A DNA stretch of 64,000 nucleotides from a candidate division WOR-3 bacterium (GCA_039803205.1 JBDRYB010000002.1:64001-128000); one strand, 5' to 3'; positions 1 through 10,738 are shown, counted from the first letter of the stretch. Numbers and translations are program-made. The notes: generated from the letters alone by a model not told the origin.

Positions 1-699
1 TATTACGGTGTTGCCCGTGAGAAACGACCACTCCAGCGCGCCAGTTGCACCATCAACGCAATAGACCCTATAGTCCTTTGAGCCGAAAACAACCTCCATG
101 TCTCCGTCCGCATCAAGATCCGCGACCGCAGGGGCACAGACTACATCTCCGCCGGTGAGAAAGCTCCATTTCTGGCCACCTGAGCCATTAAGGCAGTAGA
201 GCCTGTCATCAGAGGAACCGAAAACGATCTCAGGCAAACCATCGCCGTCAAGATCCGATATTGTAGGATGGGAATCAACATAATTTCCGGTGGTGAAAGA
301 CCATTCCAACGCGCCATTTGAGCCAGTAAGGCAATAGAATTTGTAATCATCAGAACCGAAGACAACCTCCAAGGAGCCATCACCGTCAACATCCGCGACA
401 GCAGGGGACGAGTATATCCTGTTGCCGGTCGGGAAGCTCCATTTCTGAGCGCCTATCGCGCCGTTCAGGCAATACATCTTGTAGTCGCAGCTCCCGAAAA
501 CGATCTCGGTCAGGCCATCACCATCAACATCAACTATGGCGGAGTTCTGCCACTCCACATAATGCCCCGTCAGAAAGCTCCATTTTACAACAGGCGCTGT
601 TGTCATGGCGCCTTTCATGTTTTGCACGGAGCTGTGTTCGGGGTCAGCGCCCCACATGGGCCATGTCCCATAGACAGAAAAAAGCAGACAAATGAACAT
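1..699 (-). CDS. FG-GAP/PQQ-like repeat secreted beta-propeller protein (partial, runs off left edge)
   Basis: Not in the ORF track because it is truncated. Manual translation from ATG 699 gives MFICLLFSVYGTWPMWGADPEH...KWSF...AVADVDGDGSLEVVFGSDD repeats; GAGG SD upstream; paralog of the adjacent gene. Confidence 0.85.
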   Translation of the reverse strand, partial: MFICLLFSVYGTWPMWGADPEHSSVQNMKGAMTTAPVVKWSFLTGHYVEWQNSAIVDVDGDGLTEIVFGSCDYKMYCLNGAIGAQKWSFPTGNRIYSSPAVADVDGDGSLEVVFGSDDYKFYCLTGSNGALEWSFTTGNYVDSHPTISDLDGDGLPEIVFGSSDDRLYCLNGSGGQKWSFLTGGDVVCAPAVADLDADGDMEVVFGSKDYRVYCVDGATGALEWSFLTGNTVI

Positions 700-711
700 C
701 TCTAAAGCCTC

Positions 712-2202
712 TTATCTTACCATCTTTATCCTCTTAATTCCCCCCGGATATCTCAGAACCGCCAGATAGACGCCCCTTCCTTCCGGTTTCGGAATAAAGG
801 TATGCGCGCCAGCCGAGACTATGCCCTCGTAAAGGTTCTGAACGAGCCGGCCCCCAGCGTCATAGAGGGATAATGAAACCTGGGTTTGGATCGGCGCAAA
901 GAGGTAAAGCCCCCTGCCCATGGGCCTTAACTGAAAACCCCCCAGCCCAATCTCGTCCAGGCCGAGCTCAGAGCAGGTAGTATCTCCGGGGTCATCCAGG
1001 GCGTGAAGCCGGTAAAGCGCCATTGAATATATGCCAACCGTTATCTCGGAACAGCCATCGTTGTCAATGTCGCCTACCGATGGGTCCCGAAGCCGGGTGC
1101 CAGTGAGGGTCTTTGCCCAAAGCTGAGACCCAGATTCCGCGTTAAGGCAGTATAGGGTGTTGGAAAGAGGCGCGACCAGGACCTCAAGGAGGCCGTCGCC
1201 ATCAAGGTCAGCTATGGCTGGGTCAGCTCGGATAGCCGCGTTCGCGGCGAAGGACCACTTTTGCGCGCCCGTAGCGCCGTTGATGCAATATAGCTTGAGG
1301 TCATAACTGCCGACCAGCACATCAAGAACCCCATCTCCGTCGCAATCCGCTATTGCCGGGGAAGAGAATACATCCCCTCCGGTCGGAAAGGCCCACTTTT
1401 GTGTCCCTGATGACGAAACGCAGTAAAGGGTATCATCCCGAGAGCCGATGACCGTTTCCTGCTGGCCATCGTCATCAAGGTCTGCGACCGCTGGGGATGA
1501 ACGAATCGTGTCCCCGGTGTTGAAGGCCCACATTTGGATTCCTGTGCCAGAAACGCAATAAAGATAGCCATCATAACTGCCAACCAGTATCTCCAACGAG
1601 CCATCCCCATCAAGATCAGCAACAGCAGGGGAAGATTCTATGCCTCCGCTGGTTGGAAAAACCCATTCCCTGATGCCTGGCGAGGAGATGCAATAGAGGG
1701 TATCGTTGTAGCTTCCAAAGATGATCTCAAGAACCCCATCCCCATCGCAATCCGCCACAGCGGCTGAGGAACGAATCAGGGTATCAGTTGTGAAGAAGGC
1801 CCACTCCTGGGTTCCCGCATCAGATATGCAATATAGATTCCCATCATAGTTCCCGGCGAGAACCTCAAGACCTCCATCGCCATCAACATCAGCCACAGCG
1901 GGTGTTGCCTGAAACCAGTCCCCAGCTGTGAAACGCCATTCCTCCGCGCCGGTTATCCCGTTCAGCGCGGCCAGCCTGGTTGAGAAATCCCCGGAGAGGA
2001 CCTCTGGTATCCCGTCACGGTTAACATCGGCTATTGCTGGTGCTCGGATGTCTATATTGCTCCAGACATATGTCCACTTTACAACAGCGCTGTCGTCCAT
2101 GTAACCAACCATGGGTTGAAGGTGGGTGTGCTCCCTATCGCCGCCATAGCAAGGCCACTGGCCGTATGGGGCGGCTCCAAAAAGAACCAAGCTTATCATC
2201 AT
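712..2202 (-). CDS. FG-GAP/PQQ-like repeat protein with C-terminal T9SS/FlgD-like sorting domain
   Basis: Repeated SSPAVADxDGDGxLE(I/V)xxGSYDxxLYC...W units; C-terminus YDAGGRLV...GVYLAVLR...KMVR; GGAGG SD. Confidence 0.85.
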   Translation of the reverse strand: MMISLVLFGAAPYGQWPCYGGDREHTHLQPMVGYMDDSAVVKWTYVWSNIDIRAPAIADVNRDGIPEVLSGDFSTRLAALNGITGAEEWRFTAGDWFQATPAVADVDGDGGLEVLAGNYDGNLYCISDAGTQEWAFFTTDTLIRSSAAVADCDGDGVLEIIFGSYNDTLYCISSPGIREWVFPTSGGIESSPAVADLDGDGSLEILVGSYDGYLYCVSGTGIQMWAFNTGDTIRSSPAVADLDDDGQQETVIGSRDDTLYCVSSSGTQKWAFPTGGDVFSSPAIADCDGDGVLDVLVGSYDLKLYCINGATGAQKWSFAANAAIRADPAIADLDGDGLLEVLVAPLSNTLYCLNAESGSQLWAKTLTGTRLRDPSVGDIDNDGCSEITVGIYSMALYRLHALDDPGDTTCSELGLDEIGLGGFQLRPMGRGLYLFAPIQTQVSLSLYDAGGRLVQNLYEGIVSAGAHTFIPKPEGRGVYLAVLRYPGGIKRIKMVR

Positions 2203-2375
2203 ACCAAAACCTCCCTACTCTCAGACTATATTATTATAAAACAAAGTGTTTCTCGGAATGTATCCCATAAGGGGGCTCCGGTTAAAACAATGCGTCTAGA
2301 CATGGTTCATATTCTGCGGAAAAAGCTCACAACGAGCTCACAGCCTAGATCTGGTTCCCTGTCCTTTGCTGGGTA

Positions 2376-3266
2376 TCAAAACATCTTTCGCCTGAATTCC
2401 TCTATTCGCTTGTTTGCTAGCTCTAAGTAGCCTTTATCTATCTCATACCCTACATAACGACGCCCAGTGGCTAGGGCCGCTATGGCTGTCTGGCCAGAGC
2501 CCATGAACGGGTCAAGGATGACCTCTCCTTCAAATGTGTAAAGAAGAATGAGCCTCCTCGGCAATTCAACCGGGAATGGCGCTGGATGGCCAACCTGTTT
2601 CGCTGAGGCCGCGGGGAATGTCCAGAGGCTCTTTGTGTATTCTAGGAATTCCTCTCTGGATATATTGCTCTTTTTGCCTCGGGAAGGCCTGCTGAAGCCC
2701 TCCTTTGAGAAAACCAGGATATACTCGTGGACATCACGGAGGATTGGGTTCGCCGCGCTCATCCAGCTCCCCCAAGCAGTTGATGAACTGGCGCTTTCCG
2801 CCTTGTTCCAGATTATCTCCCCGCGCATGAGAAAGCCGATATCCAGCATGTCTTGAATAATGTAAGCGTGCAAAGGGATATATGGCTTCCTGCCAAGGTT
2901 GGCAACATTCACACAAGCCCTGCCCCCCGGAACCAGGACTCGGTAAACCTCCTTCCAGACCCTCTTTAGTAATCCGAGATACTCGCTGAGGCTGAGATCT
3001 TCATCGTATTCCTTGCCAACATTGTAAGGGGGCGAGGTCACCATGAGGTGGACAGAGCGATCCGGCAGCTCGTCCATCTCCTCTGAGGACTTCAGAAATA
3101 TCCTGTTGAGGTTCTCAGACGGAATAGGGTTCTCCGCGTATCTGACCCCTTTCTCAGCTGGGAGGCCCTCGTATAGCTTGCTGGCGTAAAACCTCGATGA
3201 ATCATGCCCTATCCTTCCGGGGGAACCGAAGGGGCTGGTTCTAGTGGACTTCCTTTTCTTGGCCAG
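2376..3266 (-). CDS. Beta-class amino (N4-C/N6-A) DNA methyltransferase, apparently orphan
   Basis: TSPPY (motif IV) precedes DPFMGSG (motif I); HPAPFP. The ORF-track start (3407) overlaps the OPT gene; probable start is CTG at 3266, 6 nt after TATAAT. Confidence 0.9.
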   Translation of the reverse strand: MAKKRKSTRTSPFGSPGRIGHDSSRFYASKLYEGLPAEKGVRYAENPIPSENLNRIFLKSSEEMDELPDRSVHLMVTSPPYNVGKEYDEDLSLSEYLGLLKRVWKEVYRVLVPGGRACVNVANLGRKPYIPLHAYIIQDMLDIGFLMRGEIIWNKAESASSSTAWGSWMSAANPILRDVHEYILVFSKEGFSRPSRGKKSNISREEFLEYTKSLWTFPAASAKQVGHPAPFPVELPRRLILLYTFEGEVILDPFMGSGQTAIAALATGRRYVGYEIDKGYLELANKRIEEFRRKMF

Positions 3267-3369
3267 ATAAAGATTATATCTCCTCCAGGGGAGCAGATTC
3301 AATCGCGCAACCAAAGGGCAAAGCCAGGCCTGAGTGCAAAAATTCGTTGCCGCCCGATATAATTTCCCC

Positions 3370-5034
3370 GTGCGCGAACTATCCGCGAAGGCCCTTATAA
3401 CAGGCATCCTCCTTTCGGTATTCTTCGGGGTCGCAAACGCTTACCTCGCCCTTCGTATGGGGATGACTGTCTCGGCATCCATACCCGCCGCGGTCATGGC
3501 GGTCGCGCTCTTCAGATTAATCCGCGGCAGCATAGGCGAATCCAATATGGTCCAGACGATCGCCTCAGCCGGGGAATCCCTCGCGGCTGGCATCGCTTTT
3601 ACCATACCCGCTTTCTTCATACTCGGGGCGAAGCCGCATATCGCGCTCATCGTCCTCATAGCCCTCACTGGCGGCTCAGTTGGGATACTCGCCCTTTCCG
3701 TGGTTAGGCGCCATTTGATAGAGGAAGAGAAATTGCCGTTTCCGGAGGGAACCGCGTGCGCGCAGGTCCTGAGGGCAGGGGAGCGCGGGGGCGCGGGCGC
3801 TATAGCCATCTCAGGGGGTTTTGCTTTTGTATACAGGATCATGGGAGCGATGGGCTTCTTCTCCGACAAGCCGGGTCTTCCCGCGAGCTGGACATACCTG
3901 AGCGCTGATCTGAGCCCAGCTGTCTTTGGCGCTGGCTACATCCTGGGGCCGAGGCTCTCGGGGTTCGTCCTATCAGGGGGGATTCTTGGCTGGCTGGTTA
4001 TAGTGCCGCTCATTTCCCTTTTCAACAAAACGCCGGTCACATCCGCGGAGGTGGCTGATGGGATATGGGCAAATTACCTCAGGTTCATAGGCGCTGGGGC
4101 GGTTCTGGTCGGAGGGATTATCGGCCTTCTCAGGGTGATAATCCCGGTTTTCAGGGGCCTGGTGGGGAGCCTGAGGGGAGGTCGGGACATCCCCCTTCCT
4201 TATGTTTTGGCGGGCCTCATCGTGATATTTCTGGTTCTATGGCTTGTTCCCCCTGTGGCAATAGGGCCCGTAGGAGCCATCCTAGCCCTCACCCTCTCTT
4301 TCCTCTTCGCTGTGGTTTCCGCGAGGGTCGTTGGAATAGTTGGCTCATCATCTAACCCCGTTTCAGGGATGACAGTGGCCGCGGTCCTCCTCTCCGCTCT
4401 AGTGATGAAATTGCTCGGCGCGGGAACGCTCTGGACAGCCCTAGCGCTGGCTGGGGTTGTCTGTATATCAGCCGCGATTGCCGGAGACACATCCCAGGAC
4501 CTCAAGACCGGGTTTTTGGTCGGCGCGACGCCCGTAAAACAGCAATTTGGAGAACTGCTTGGCGTTCTGTTCTCGTCCCTGGCAGTAGCCTGGGCCATGT
4601 TCCTCTTTAACCAGGCCTGGGGATTTACTGGGGGCGAGCTCCGGGCTCCGCAGGCAAATATCATGGCGATAATAACTCAGGGCGTTTTCCAGGGGACCGT
4701 TCCCTGGCACCTTCTCTTTATCGGCGGGGCCGCGGCGCTTGGAGTTGAAGTCCTCGGAATAGGCTCACTCCCCTTCGCGGTTGGACTTTACCTCCCCCTT
4801 GACCTCTCAACCGGTCTCTTTCTTGGGGGCCTACTATCGTGGGCCTTCCGGGCAAGGGGACAGAACCTCGCGGCCTCCGGCCTCATTGCTGGAGACGCTT
4901 TTTCTGGGCTCCTGGTTGCTGGTTTGGCCGCAGTGGGCGTTGGCCTTCCGCAGATCCTCAATTTCGGGGCCTGGGGAACGCCAGTCGCTCTAGCGGCCCT
5001 TTGTCTGGTCCTGTGGTTCCTGAGAGGGAAGTAA
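3370..5034 (+). CDS. OPT family oligopeptide transporter
   Basis: ANAYLALRMGMTVSASIPAAV, LPFPEGTACA, SNPVSGMT, DLKTGFLVGATP, APQA motifs; many TM segments; GTG 3370 lies 6 nt after TATAAT. Confidence 0.93.
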   Translation: MRELSAKALITGILLSVFFGVANAYLALRMGMTVSASIPAAVMAVALFRLIRGSIGESNMVQTIASAGESLAAGIAFTIPAFFILGAKPHIALIVLIALTGGSVGILALSVVRRHLIEEEKLPFPEGTACAQVLRAGERGGAGAIAISGGFAFVYRIMGAMGFFSDKPGLPASWTYLSADLSPAVFGAGYILGPRLSGFVLSGGILGWLVIVPLISLFNKTPVTSAEVADGIWANYLRFIGAGAVLVGGIIGLLRVIIPVFRGLVGSLRGGRDIPLPYVLAGLIVIFLVLWLVPPVAIGPVGAILALTLSFLFAVVSARVVGIVGSSSNPVSGMTVAAVLLSALVMKLLGAGTLWTALALAGVVCISAAIAGDTSQDLKTGFLVGATPVKQQFGELLGVLFSSLAVAWAMFLFNQAWGFTGGELRAPQANIMAIITQGVFQGTVPWHLLFIGGAAALGVEVLGIGSLPFAVGLYLPLDLSTGLFLGGLLSWAFRARGQNLAASGLIAGDAFSGLLVAGLAAVGVGLPQILNFGAWGTPVALAALCLVLWFLRGK

Positions 5035-5148
5035 AACCTTTTGACACCCCATTTTCTAAGCGGATCACCACCCGCCAGATCCTTGGACAAATCTGAGCGA
5101 GGTCAGCGCGCGGCCTTGAAGCTCCAGGGGTCAAACCATTATAATATT

Positions 5149-6114
5149 ATGGTGATGAACGGATTGGTTTTGATGATGGCCCTCGTGGCCCAGCAGGTTG
5201 AAACCGATCCATCGCTTTTTGCCGACAGCTTTAATCTCCGCACCATAGCCCAGTGGGCAAGAGGAAACACTCATTACATAATCTACGATGGCCAATATGT
5301 CTACGCGAGCACCCTTGAGAGGGAGATCTCCATAATTGATGTCTCTGTTCCGGATGACCCTATTGAGATAGGGAGCATCAGCGTGAGCAATGTGCCCCTT
5401 GGCCTCGCCAAGAAAGGGGAGTTCCTCTTTGTGGCCCTCGGGGATAAAGGGCTCTGCTCCATACAGATAACCGACCCCTCAATACCTGAGATGGTCTCGT
5501 GCGCTGATACGCCGGATTCCGCTATAATCGTCTGTATCCAAGGAAATTACGCCTATGTCGCAGATGGTGACTCCGGGATAAGGGTGATAAGCATCGCTGA
5601 CCCATATAACCTCAAGGAGGTTGGTTTTTACGATACTAAAGGCTTCGCCAGGAGCATCGTGGTTTCCGGAAAATACGCTTATGTCGCTGATGGAAACGAA
5701 GGGCTTGTTATCCTTGATGTCACGAATCCGACATCGCCGAAGTTCGTGAATTCCCTCAAGCTTGAGAGCTTCGCGAATGATGTTGAAATAAGCGGTAAAT
5801 ACGCATATGTGGCTATCGGAAAGGATGGGGTAAGGGTCGTTGACATAACGAACCCCAGGGATCTAAAGGTCGTTGGTCACTGGACTGGGCCTGGCGCGGC
5901 TATTGGCGTAAGGGTTCAGGGTGACAAGCTTACAATAGGAGCCGCATCCGGTGGGGTCCGTCTGATGGACCTCCGGCAGGAGCGTGAGCTAGCGCACTAC
6001 ACCCCTCCGAGATACACCAGGGATTTCGTATTTGAGGTCATACTATGCGGGAACTATCTCCTGGCGGCCTCTCGTTCAGGGCTTATTGTCTATGAATACA
6101 CGCCGCAAAACTAG
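5149..6114 (+). CDS. LVIVD repeat beta-propeller protein, secreted
   Basis: Repeats of G-x-YAYVAD-G-x-x-G-L-x-I-x-D-V-x-x-P; start at 5149, 5152 or 5155 after TTGAAG-18-TATAAT. Confidence 0.85.
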   Translation: MVMNGLVLMMALVAQQVETDPSLFADSFNLRTIAQWARGNTHYIIYDGQYVYASTLEREISIIDVSVPDDPIEIGSISVSNVPLGLAKKGEFLFVALGDKGLCSIQITDPSIPEMVSCADTPDSAIIVCIQGNYAYVADGDSGIRVISIADPYNLKEVGFYDTKGFARSIVVSGKYAYVADGNEGLVILDVTNPTSPKFVNSLKLESFANDVEISGKYAYVAIGKDGVRVVDITNPRDLKVVGHWTGPGAAIGVRVQGDKLTIGAASGGVRLMDLRQERELAHYTPPRYTRDFVFEVILCGNYLLAASRSGLIVYEYTPQN

Positions 6115-6490
6115 GGGAGCCAGAAAGCCCTGCCACGCCATAAACACCTGTCCTGCCTGCGGGTCTGATATGATCGTCACGCAGCTTACATGCCCATCTT
6201 GCGGAACGGAGCTCAGGGGCAATTTCCGTCCGAACGAGTTCGCCTTCCTCACGGATGATAAGCTGGAGTTTCTCAGGCTGTTTCTCAGGCTCAGGGGGAA
6301 CCTCACGGAGCTCGCGAAGGAGATCGGGGTTTCTTATCCTACCGCGAGGGTGAGGTTTGACGAGCTCATGGAGGCGCTGGGTTACGCGGAGAGAACTGGA
6401 CCCCGGCCTGAGGTTGAAAGGGTTCTCAGCATGCTTGAAAGGGGCGAGATAACCGCTGAGGAGGCTGAGAGCCTGCTTAGAGGGCTATGA
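6092..6490 (+). CDS. DUF2089-family protein (Zn ribbon + HTH + SHOCT-like tail)
   Basis: CPACG...CPSCG zinc ribbon, GNLTELAKEIGVSYPTARVR HTH, LERGEITAEEA tail; start uncertain. Confidence 0.8.
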   Translation: MNTRRKTRGARKPCHAINTCPACGSDMIVTQLTCPSCGTELRGNFRPNEFAFLTDDKLEFLRLFLRLRGNLTELAKEIGVSYPTARVRFDELMEALGYAERTGPRPEVERVLSMLERGEITAEEAESLLRGL

Positions 6491-6559
6491 ATTGATAGCG
6501 AGTCTTCGGGTTCTCACGAGATATGACGAGGAAGATGTCCCGAAGATTTTAACTCCACC

Positions 6560-8650
6560 ATGAATCCTGTTATTTTTCTCATCTTCTTCACAGATGGAGC
6601 CTCTGTCTCGTGTCCTAGGGTTGATCGCTCGCCTGCTATAGACGGCATCCTTGAGGAATGCTGGTCAAAAGCGGATTCCGTGAGGGAATTTAAGGCTTTC
6701 AGGCCCTACTATGCTTCTGAGCCTTCAGAATCAACAACAGCATATCTGATGCACGATGATGAGAATCTATATATCGCTTTTAGGTGCCAGATAAAGGGAA
6801 GGGGGCCGGATATCCGCTTGACCATGAGGGATGGCGGGACTGGCGATGAGGTCAAGGTCATGCTTGATACTTACGGAACCGGAATAACGGGATACCGATT
6901 CGCTGTCTCCGCGGCAGGAACCCAATCTGACGCGAGGGTAACCGATGATGCCAGGTCCATGGACTTCTCGTGGGATGGGGTCTGGCGCCGAGGGGTTTGC
7001 CTGACGGATTCCTCGTTCACGGTTGAGATAGCGATTCCTTTCAAGGCCATAAGATACGGCCCCGGCCCTTGGGGAGTGTGCTTCATAAGGTCAACCCCCT
7101 CCCGGTCCGAAACAGCGATGTGGCCCCTGATGCCCCAGAACACGGATCTCAGGATGTCCCTCTTGGCGAGGGTTGATATAGAGCCTCCGAGACACAGGGG
7201 GCTTCACCTTGAGCTTTATCCGGTCGCCCTGGCCGGCAACTCATTTGTTTCCTCGGAGGATTACTCTTGGGAGAACCAAGGCTTTGACATCCGATACCAG
7301 CGCAAGGGCTTCTATTCCGAGGCCGGGCTTGATATGACATGGTCCCCTAGTCCATCAACGAGCCTTCAAGCAACCTTAAATCCTGATTTCGCGCAGATTG
7401 AGGCTGACCCTTTCCAGCTGAACCTCACCAAATACGAGCTCTGGTTAGCCGAAAAGAGGCCATTTTTCATAGAGGGAGCTGACATATTTGACTCACCCAT
7501 AAAGGTATTCTACTCCCGGAGGATAGGCCCTGGGTTATCCACGGGGGCAAAGCTATCCTCGTCCGGAAGCCGCTTTGAATACGGCGCTCTTCTCGCGAGA
7601 ACCGAGCCTTACACTGAAATGATCTCAGGGGACACCCTGGATTACCCATCAGGGCTTTACTATGTTGGGAAGGCGAAGATCAGGATATTCTCCAATTCAA
7701 ATACCGGCCTCATGGTCTCAGGCGCGGAGAGGGAAACCACATACAACAGGGCAGGTTGTCTTGGTTTGGCATTGAGGGGAGCATCCTGGGCCTTCAAGAA
7801 CGGCCTCGCCTTCTCTGATAGGGATGGGAAGACAGGAAAGGCTTTTACCAGCACCTTCAACCTCAGCGGAAAAACGCTTTACGCGGGCGCGGAGCTCAAC
7901 TGGTCCGAGGAGAGCTTTGATGTCTCGGAGATAGGTTTTTACCCATACTCAGGCTCAAAGAACCTGAATTTATATGCTGGGCCAGTTTTCTATCCGGAGA
8001 GAGGCCCTTTTTCCGAGATAAGGCTTGCCGGATCAGGGGGGTTGGGGGAGGAGAAAGGAGAGGATACCCTATCTTGGGGAATGGGGCCCGTTGGGGAGAT
8101 AAGCCTAAGAGGAGGGCAGGGCCTCGGTTTTCAGTGCATATGGAACAAGGGCTACGAACAGGGAAGGGTTTTCTGGGCCTGGAACCCCTCCATTGATTTT
8201 CACACTGATTGGCAGAAACCCGTTTATCTGTGGGCGATGGTTTGGCGGAGCTACGATTACAACTACATGAGGGGGTATTTCGCGCCCCAGCTTGGCGCTG
8301 AGCTCGCCATCAGATACACGATAAGGAGCGGCCTTGCCGTCTCCGCTAATATTAATATTTGGGCCGAAAAGAGGCCGGACAATTCCCTTGAGGCCATAAC
8401 AGTATCCCCAAGGCCCAAGCTCTCCTGGCTTCCCAAAAGCGGGATGAACATCTCCATTTACGCTGAGCCGGCTTTTACCGATGGAGATATTGAGAGAGTG
8501 GTCGGGGGCGCCCTATTTTCCTGGGAGTTCGCGCCTAAATCCTGGCTCTACCTGGTCTATAATCATGAAGCCGAGGATGACGGCACGGGCCGGATGATCG
8601 CAACGGGCTCCGCTTTCCAGATGAAGGTGAAGTATCTGTTGGTCATATGA
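6560..8650 (+). CDS. CBM9-like / DUF5916 domain outer-membrane-associated protein
   Basis: P-x-IDG-x-L-x-E-x-W, DDENLY, VEIAIPF, TLNPDFAQIEAD, EKRPFFIEG, FYSRRIG; C-terminal KVKYLL beta-strand. Confidence 0.8.
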   Translation: MNPVIFLIFFTDGASVSCPRVDRSPAIDGILEECWSKADSVREFKAFRPYYASEPSESTTAYLMHDDENLYIAFRCQIKGRGPDIRLTMRDGGTGDEVKVMLDTYGTGITGYRFAVSAAGTQSDARVTDDARSMDFSWDGVWRRGVCLTDSSFTVEIAIPFKAIRYGPGPWGVCFIRSTPSRSETAMWPLMPQNTDLRMSLLARVDIEPPRHRGLHLELYPVALAGNSFVSSEDYSWENQGFDIRYQRKGFYSEAGLDMTWSPSPSTSLQATLNPDFAQIEADPFQLNLTKYELWLAEKRPFFIEGADIFDSPIKVFYSRRIGPGLSTGAKLSSSGSRFEYGALLARTEPYTEMISGDTLDYPSGLYYVGKAKIRIFSNSNTGLMVSGAERETTYNRAGCLGLALRGASWAFKNGLAFSDRDGKTGKAFTSTFNLSGKTLYAGAELNWSEESFDVSEIGFYPYSGSKNLNLYAGPVFYPERGPFSEIRLAGSGGLGEEKGEDTLSWGMGPVGEISLRGGQGLGFQCIWNKGYEQGRVFWAWNPSIDFHTDWQKPVYLWAMVWRSYDYNYMRGYFAPQLGAELAIRYTIRSGLAVSANINIWAEKRPDNSLEAITVSPRPKLSWLPKSGMNISIYAEPAFTDGDIERVVGGALFSWEFAPKSWLYLVYNHEAEDDGTGRMIATGSAFQMKVKYLLVI

Positions 8651-8654
8651 TTGG

Positions 8655-10724
8655 CTACCCTTGCCTCACAACAGTGTTCCTCTCAAACTGCAAGGAATAG
8701 AGGTAATAGTAAAATCCCTTTCTTTGAATGAGCTCCTCGTGGTTTCCCTCCTCAACAAGCCTGCCGTTCTGGATTACCAAGATCTTATCCGCCTCCCTTA
8801 TTGTTGATAGCCTGTGAGCGACCACAAAAGATGTCCTGCCCCGCAGGAGCTTCCTGAGGGAACGCTGAATTATCTCCTCTGTCTCCTGGTCTATGTTGGC
8901 TGTTGCCTCGTCGAGGAGGAGTATTTTCGGGTCAAAGGCCAAAGCCCTGGCAAACGCGAGGAGTTGGCGTTGACCCTGGGAGAGGGTTGACCCTCTTTCG
9001 GCCACCCTGGCTTTGTATCCGCCATCAAGGCGCTCTATGAACCTGTCCGCGTCAACTGCTTTTGCTGATTCTATGACCTTCTCAATGGGGATGTCCGATC
9101 TGAGCCTTATGTTTCCCTCTATTGTCCCAGAGAAAACGAATATGTCCTGCTGGACAAGGGCCATCCTTGACCTGAGCTCCCGAAGGGGGATGTCCCTTAT
9201 GTCCGTCCCGTCTATGAGGATCCTTCCCCTCTGGGGGTCGTGGAAGCGCAGGAGAAGCTTTATTATGGTGGTCTTGCCAGCCCCGGTTGGCCCGACTATG
9301 GCGATCGTCTGACCGGGGAGGGCCTCAAAGCTTATATCCCTGAGAACCCAGTTCTCGCCCTCGTATGCGAACCAAACCCCTTCAAACCTTACTTGGCCCT
9401 TCACATCAGAGGGCATGATTTTGCCTCCGGATGGCTCTTCGGGCCCATCCATTATCTTGAATATCCTCTCGCCCGCCGCGAACGCGGATTGCATTATGTT
9501 ATATTTTTCAGAGAGGTCCCTTATTGGTGCGAACAGCATCTCTATATATGAGAGAAAGGCTACGAGCGCTCCAAAGGAGAGGGCCCCCCGGATTATCTCC
9601 CCTCCGCCATACCAGAGGATTATGGCCACTGCAATTGCATCCGAAAGGTCCATTAGGGGCCTGAATGTTCCGAAAACATAGAGCTGTTTTATGAATGCCT
9701 TGTATAGGTCGTAGTTTATCCGCCTGAACTTCTCCGTCATCCTGCCCTCCTGGACAAAAGCCTGGATCACGGATATTCCGGACACTGATTCCTGAAGGGT
9801 CGCGTTGACCTGCGCGAGGTATTTCCTTACCTCTCGGTAAGCCTCCCTCGCGTAGCGCCTGAAGAGAAAGGTTGATACACCGAGAAGGGGAACTATTGCC
9901 ATCATAGCCCCGGTGAGCCGGATGTTCATTCTGATCATTATCACTATTATCCCAATAACGAGGAGAGCGTCCTTGATGAGATACACGAGCACAGAGGAGA
10001 AGAACTCGTTTATGGATTCAACATCGTTCGTTGCCCTGGTGACGAGCCTGCCAACCGGGTTCGCGGAGAAAAACTCAACTGGGCTCCTCAGGAACTTGCT
10101 GAAGATGTCCTGACGGAGGTCCGCCATTCCCCTCTGACTAACCTTCTGCAGGGTATAGACCTGGCCGAAGTTCAAAATCAGATTAAGCGTTAGTATGAGA
10201 AACAGAGCCAGGCCTATCCAGCCAACCCCCCTGAGGTGTCCAGCCCTAACCCTTGATATCAGGCTCCTGTCGTATTCCTTTAGCCTTGAGTAAGCGATAA
10301 AGCTCCCCTCTTTTAGGACGATCAGGTCCCCCTTTTGGAGGCTCTCTGAGAGCTCAGGTGGCACAGGGATGTATCGCTCAGAGCTGAGAAGCCCCCTTGC
10401 CTCAAGCTCGCGCCTCTGAGACTGGGGAATCTCAGGAAGGTTCACCATGAACCCGCCCTCAGGAATGGGGATAAGCCGGGCGCCGCGCAGGAGATCGGGA
10501 GGCGCGTTTTCGCTTATTATTGCCCATGAGGGCATTATGTAGCGGTCAACAGCGATCCTGGTCAAGAGAGGCGGAACAAGTTCTCCCAGTGTGAGCAATC
10601 CCATGAAAAGGAGGGACAGCAGAAGCAGGGGCCAGTATGGCTTCAGATACCTGGTGAGCCTCAGCATTAGCCTGGTGTCCATGGCCTGCGGAGCGTCGTC
10701 GGTGAAGGTGGGATGGTAGCTCAT
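8655..10724 (-). CDS. ABC exporter, fused permease/ATP-binding subunit
   Basis: GPTGAGKT Walker A, LSQGQRQ signature, ILLLDEAT Walker B, AHRLST; N-terminal TMD with a ~100 aa extracytoplasmic insert. Confidence 0.93.
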   Translation of the reverse strand: MSYHPTFTDDAPQAMDTRLMLRLTRYLKPYWPLLLLSLLFMGLLTLGELVPPLLTRIAVDRYIMPSWAIISENAPPDLLRGARLIPIPEGGFMVNLPEIPQSQRRELEARGLLSSERYIPVPPELSESLQKGDLIVLKEGSFIAYSRLKEYDRSLISRVRAGHLRGVGWIGLALFLILTLNLILNFGQVYTLQKVSQRGMADLRQDIFSKFLRSPVEFFSANPVGRLVTRATNDVESINEFFSSVLVYLIKDALLVIGIIVIMIRMNIRLTGAMMAIVPLLGVSTFLFRRYAREAYREVRKYLAQVNATLQESVSGISVIQAFVQEGRMTEKFRRINYDLYKAFIKQLYVFGTFRPLMDLSDAIAVAIILWYGGGEIIRGALSFGALVAFLSYIEMLFAPIRDLSEKYNIMQSAFAAGERIFKIMDGPEEPSGGKIMPSDVKGQVRFEGVWFAYEGENWVLRDISFEALPGQTIAIVGPTGAGKTTIIKLLLRFHDPQRGRILIDGTDIRDIPLRELRSRMALVQQDIFVFSGTIEGNIRLRSDIPIEKVIESAKAVDADRFIERLDGGYKARVAERGSTLSQGQRQLLAFARALAFDPKILLLDEATANIDQETEEIIQRSLRKLLRGRTSFVVAHRLSTIREADKILVIQNGRLVEEGNHEELIQRKGFYYYLYSLQFERNTVVRQG

Positions 10725-10738
10725 GCGAGTGCTCCTAC

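Noticed and set aside
1..2202. Periodic DNA repeats resembling CRISPR or DGR template/variable repeats
   Set aside because: They are degenerate coding repeats of FG-GAP blades; no identical repeats with spacers, no reverse transcriptase and no adenine-specific variation.
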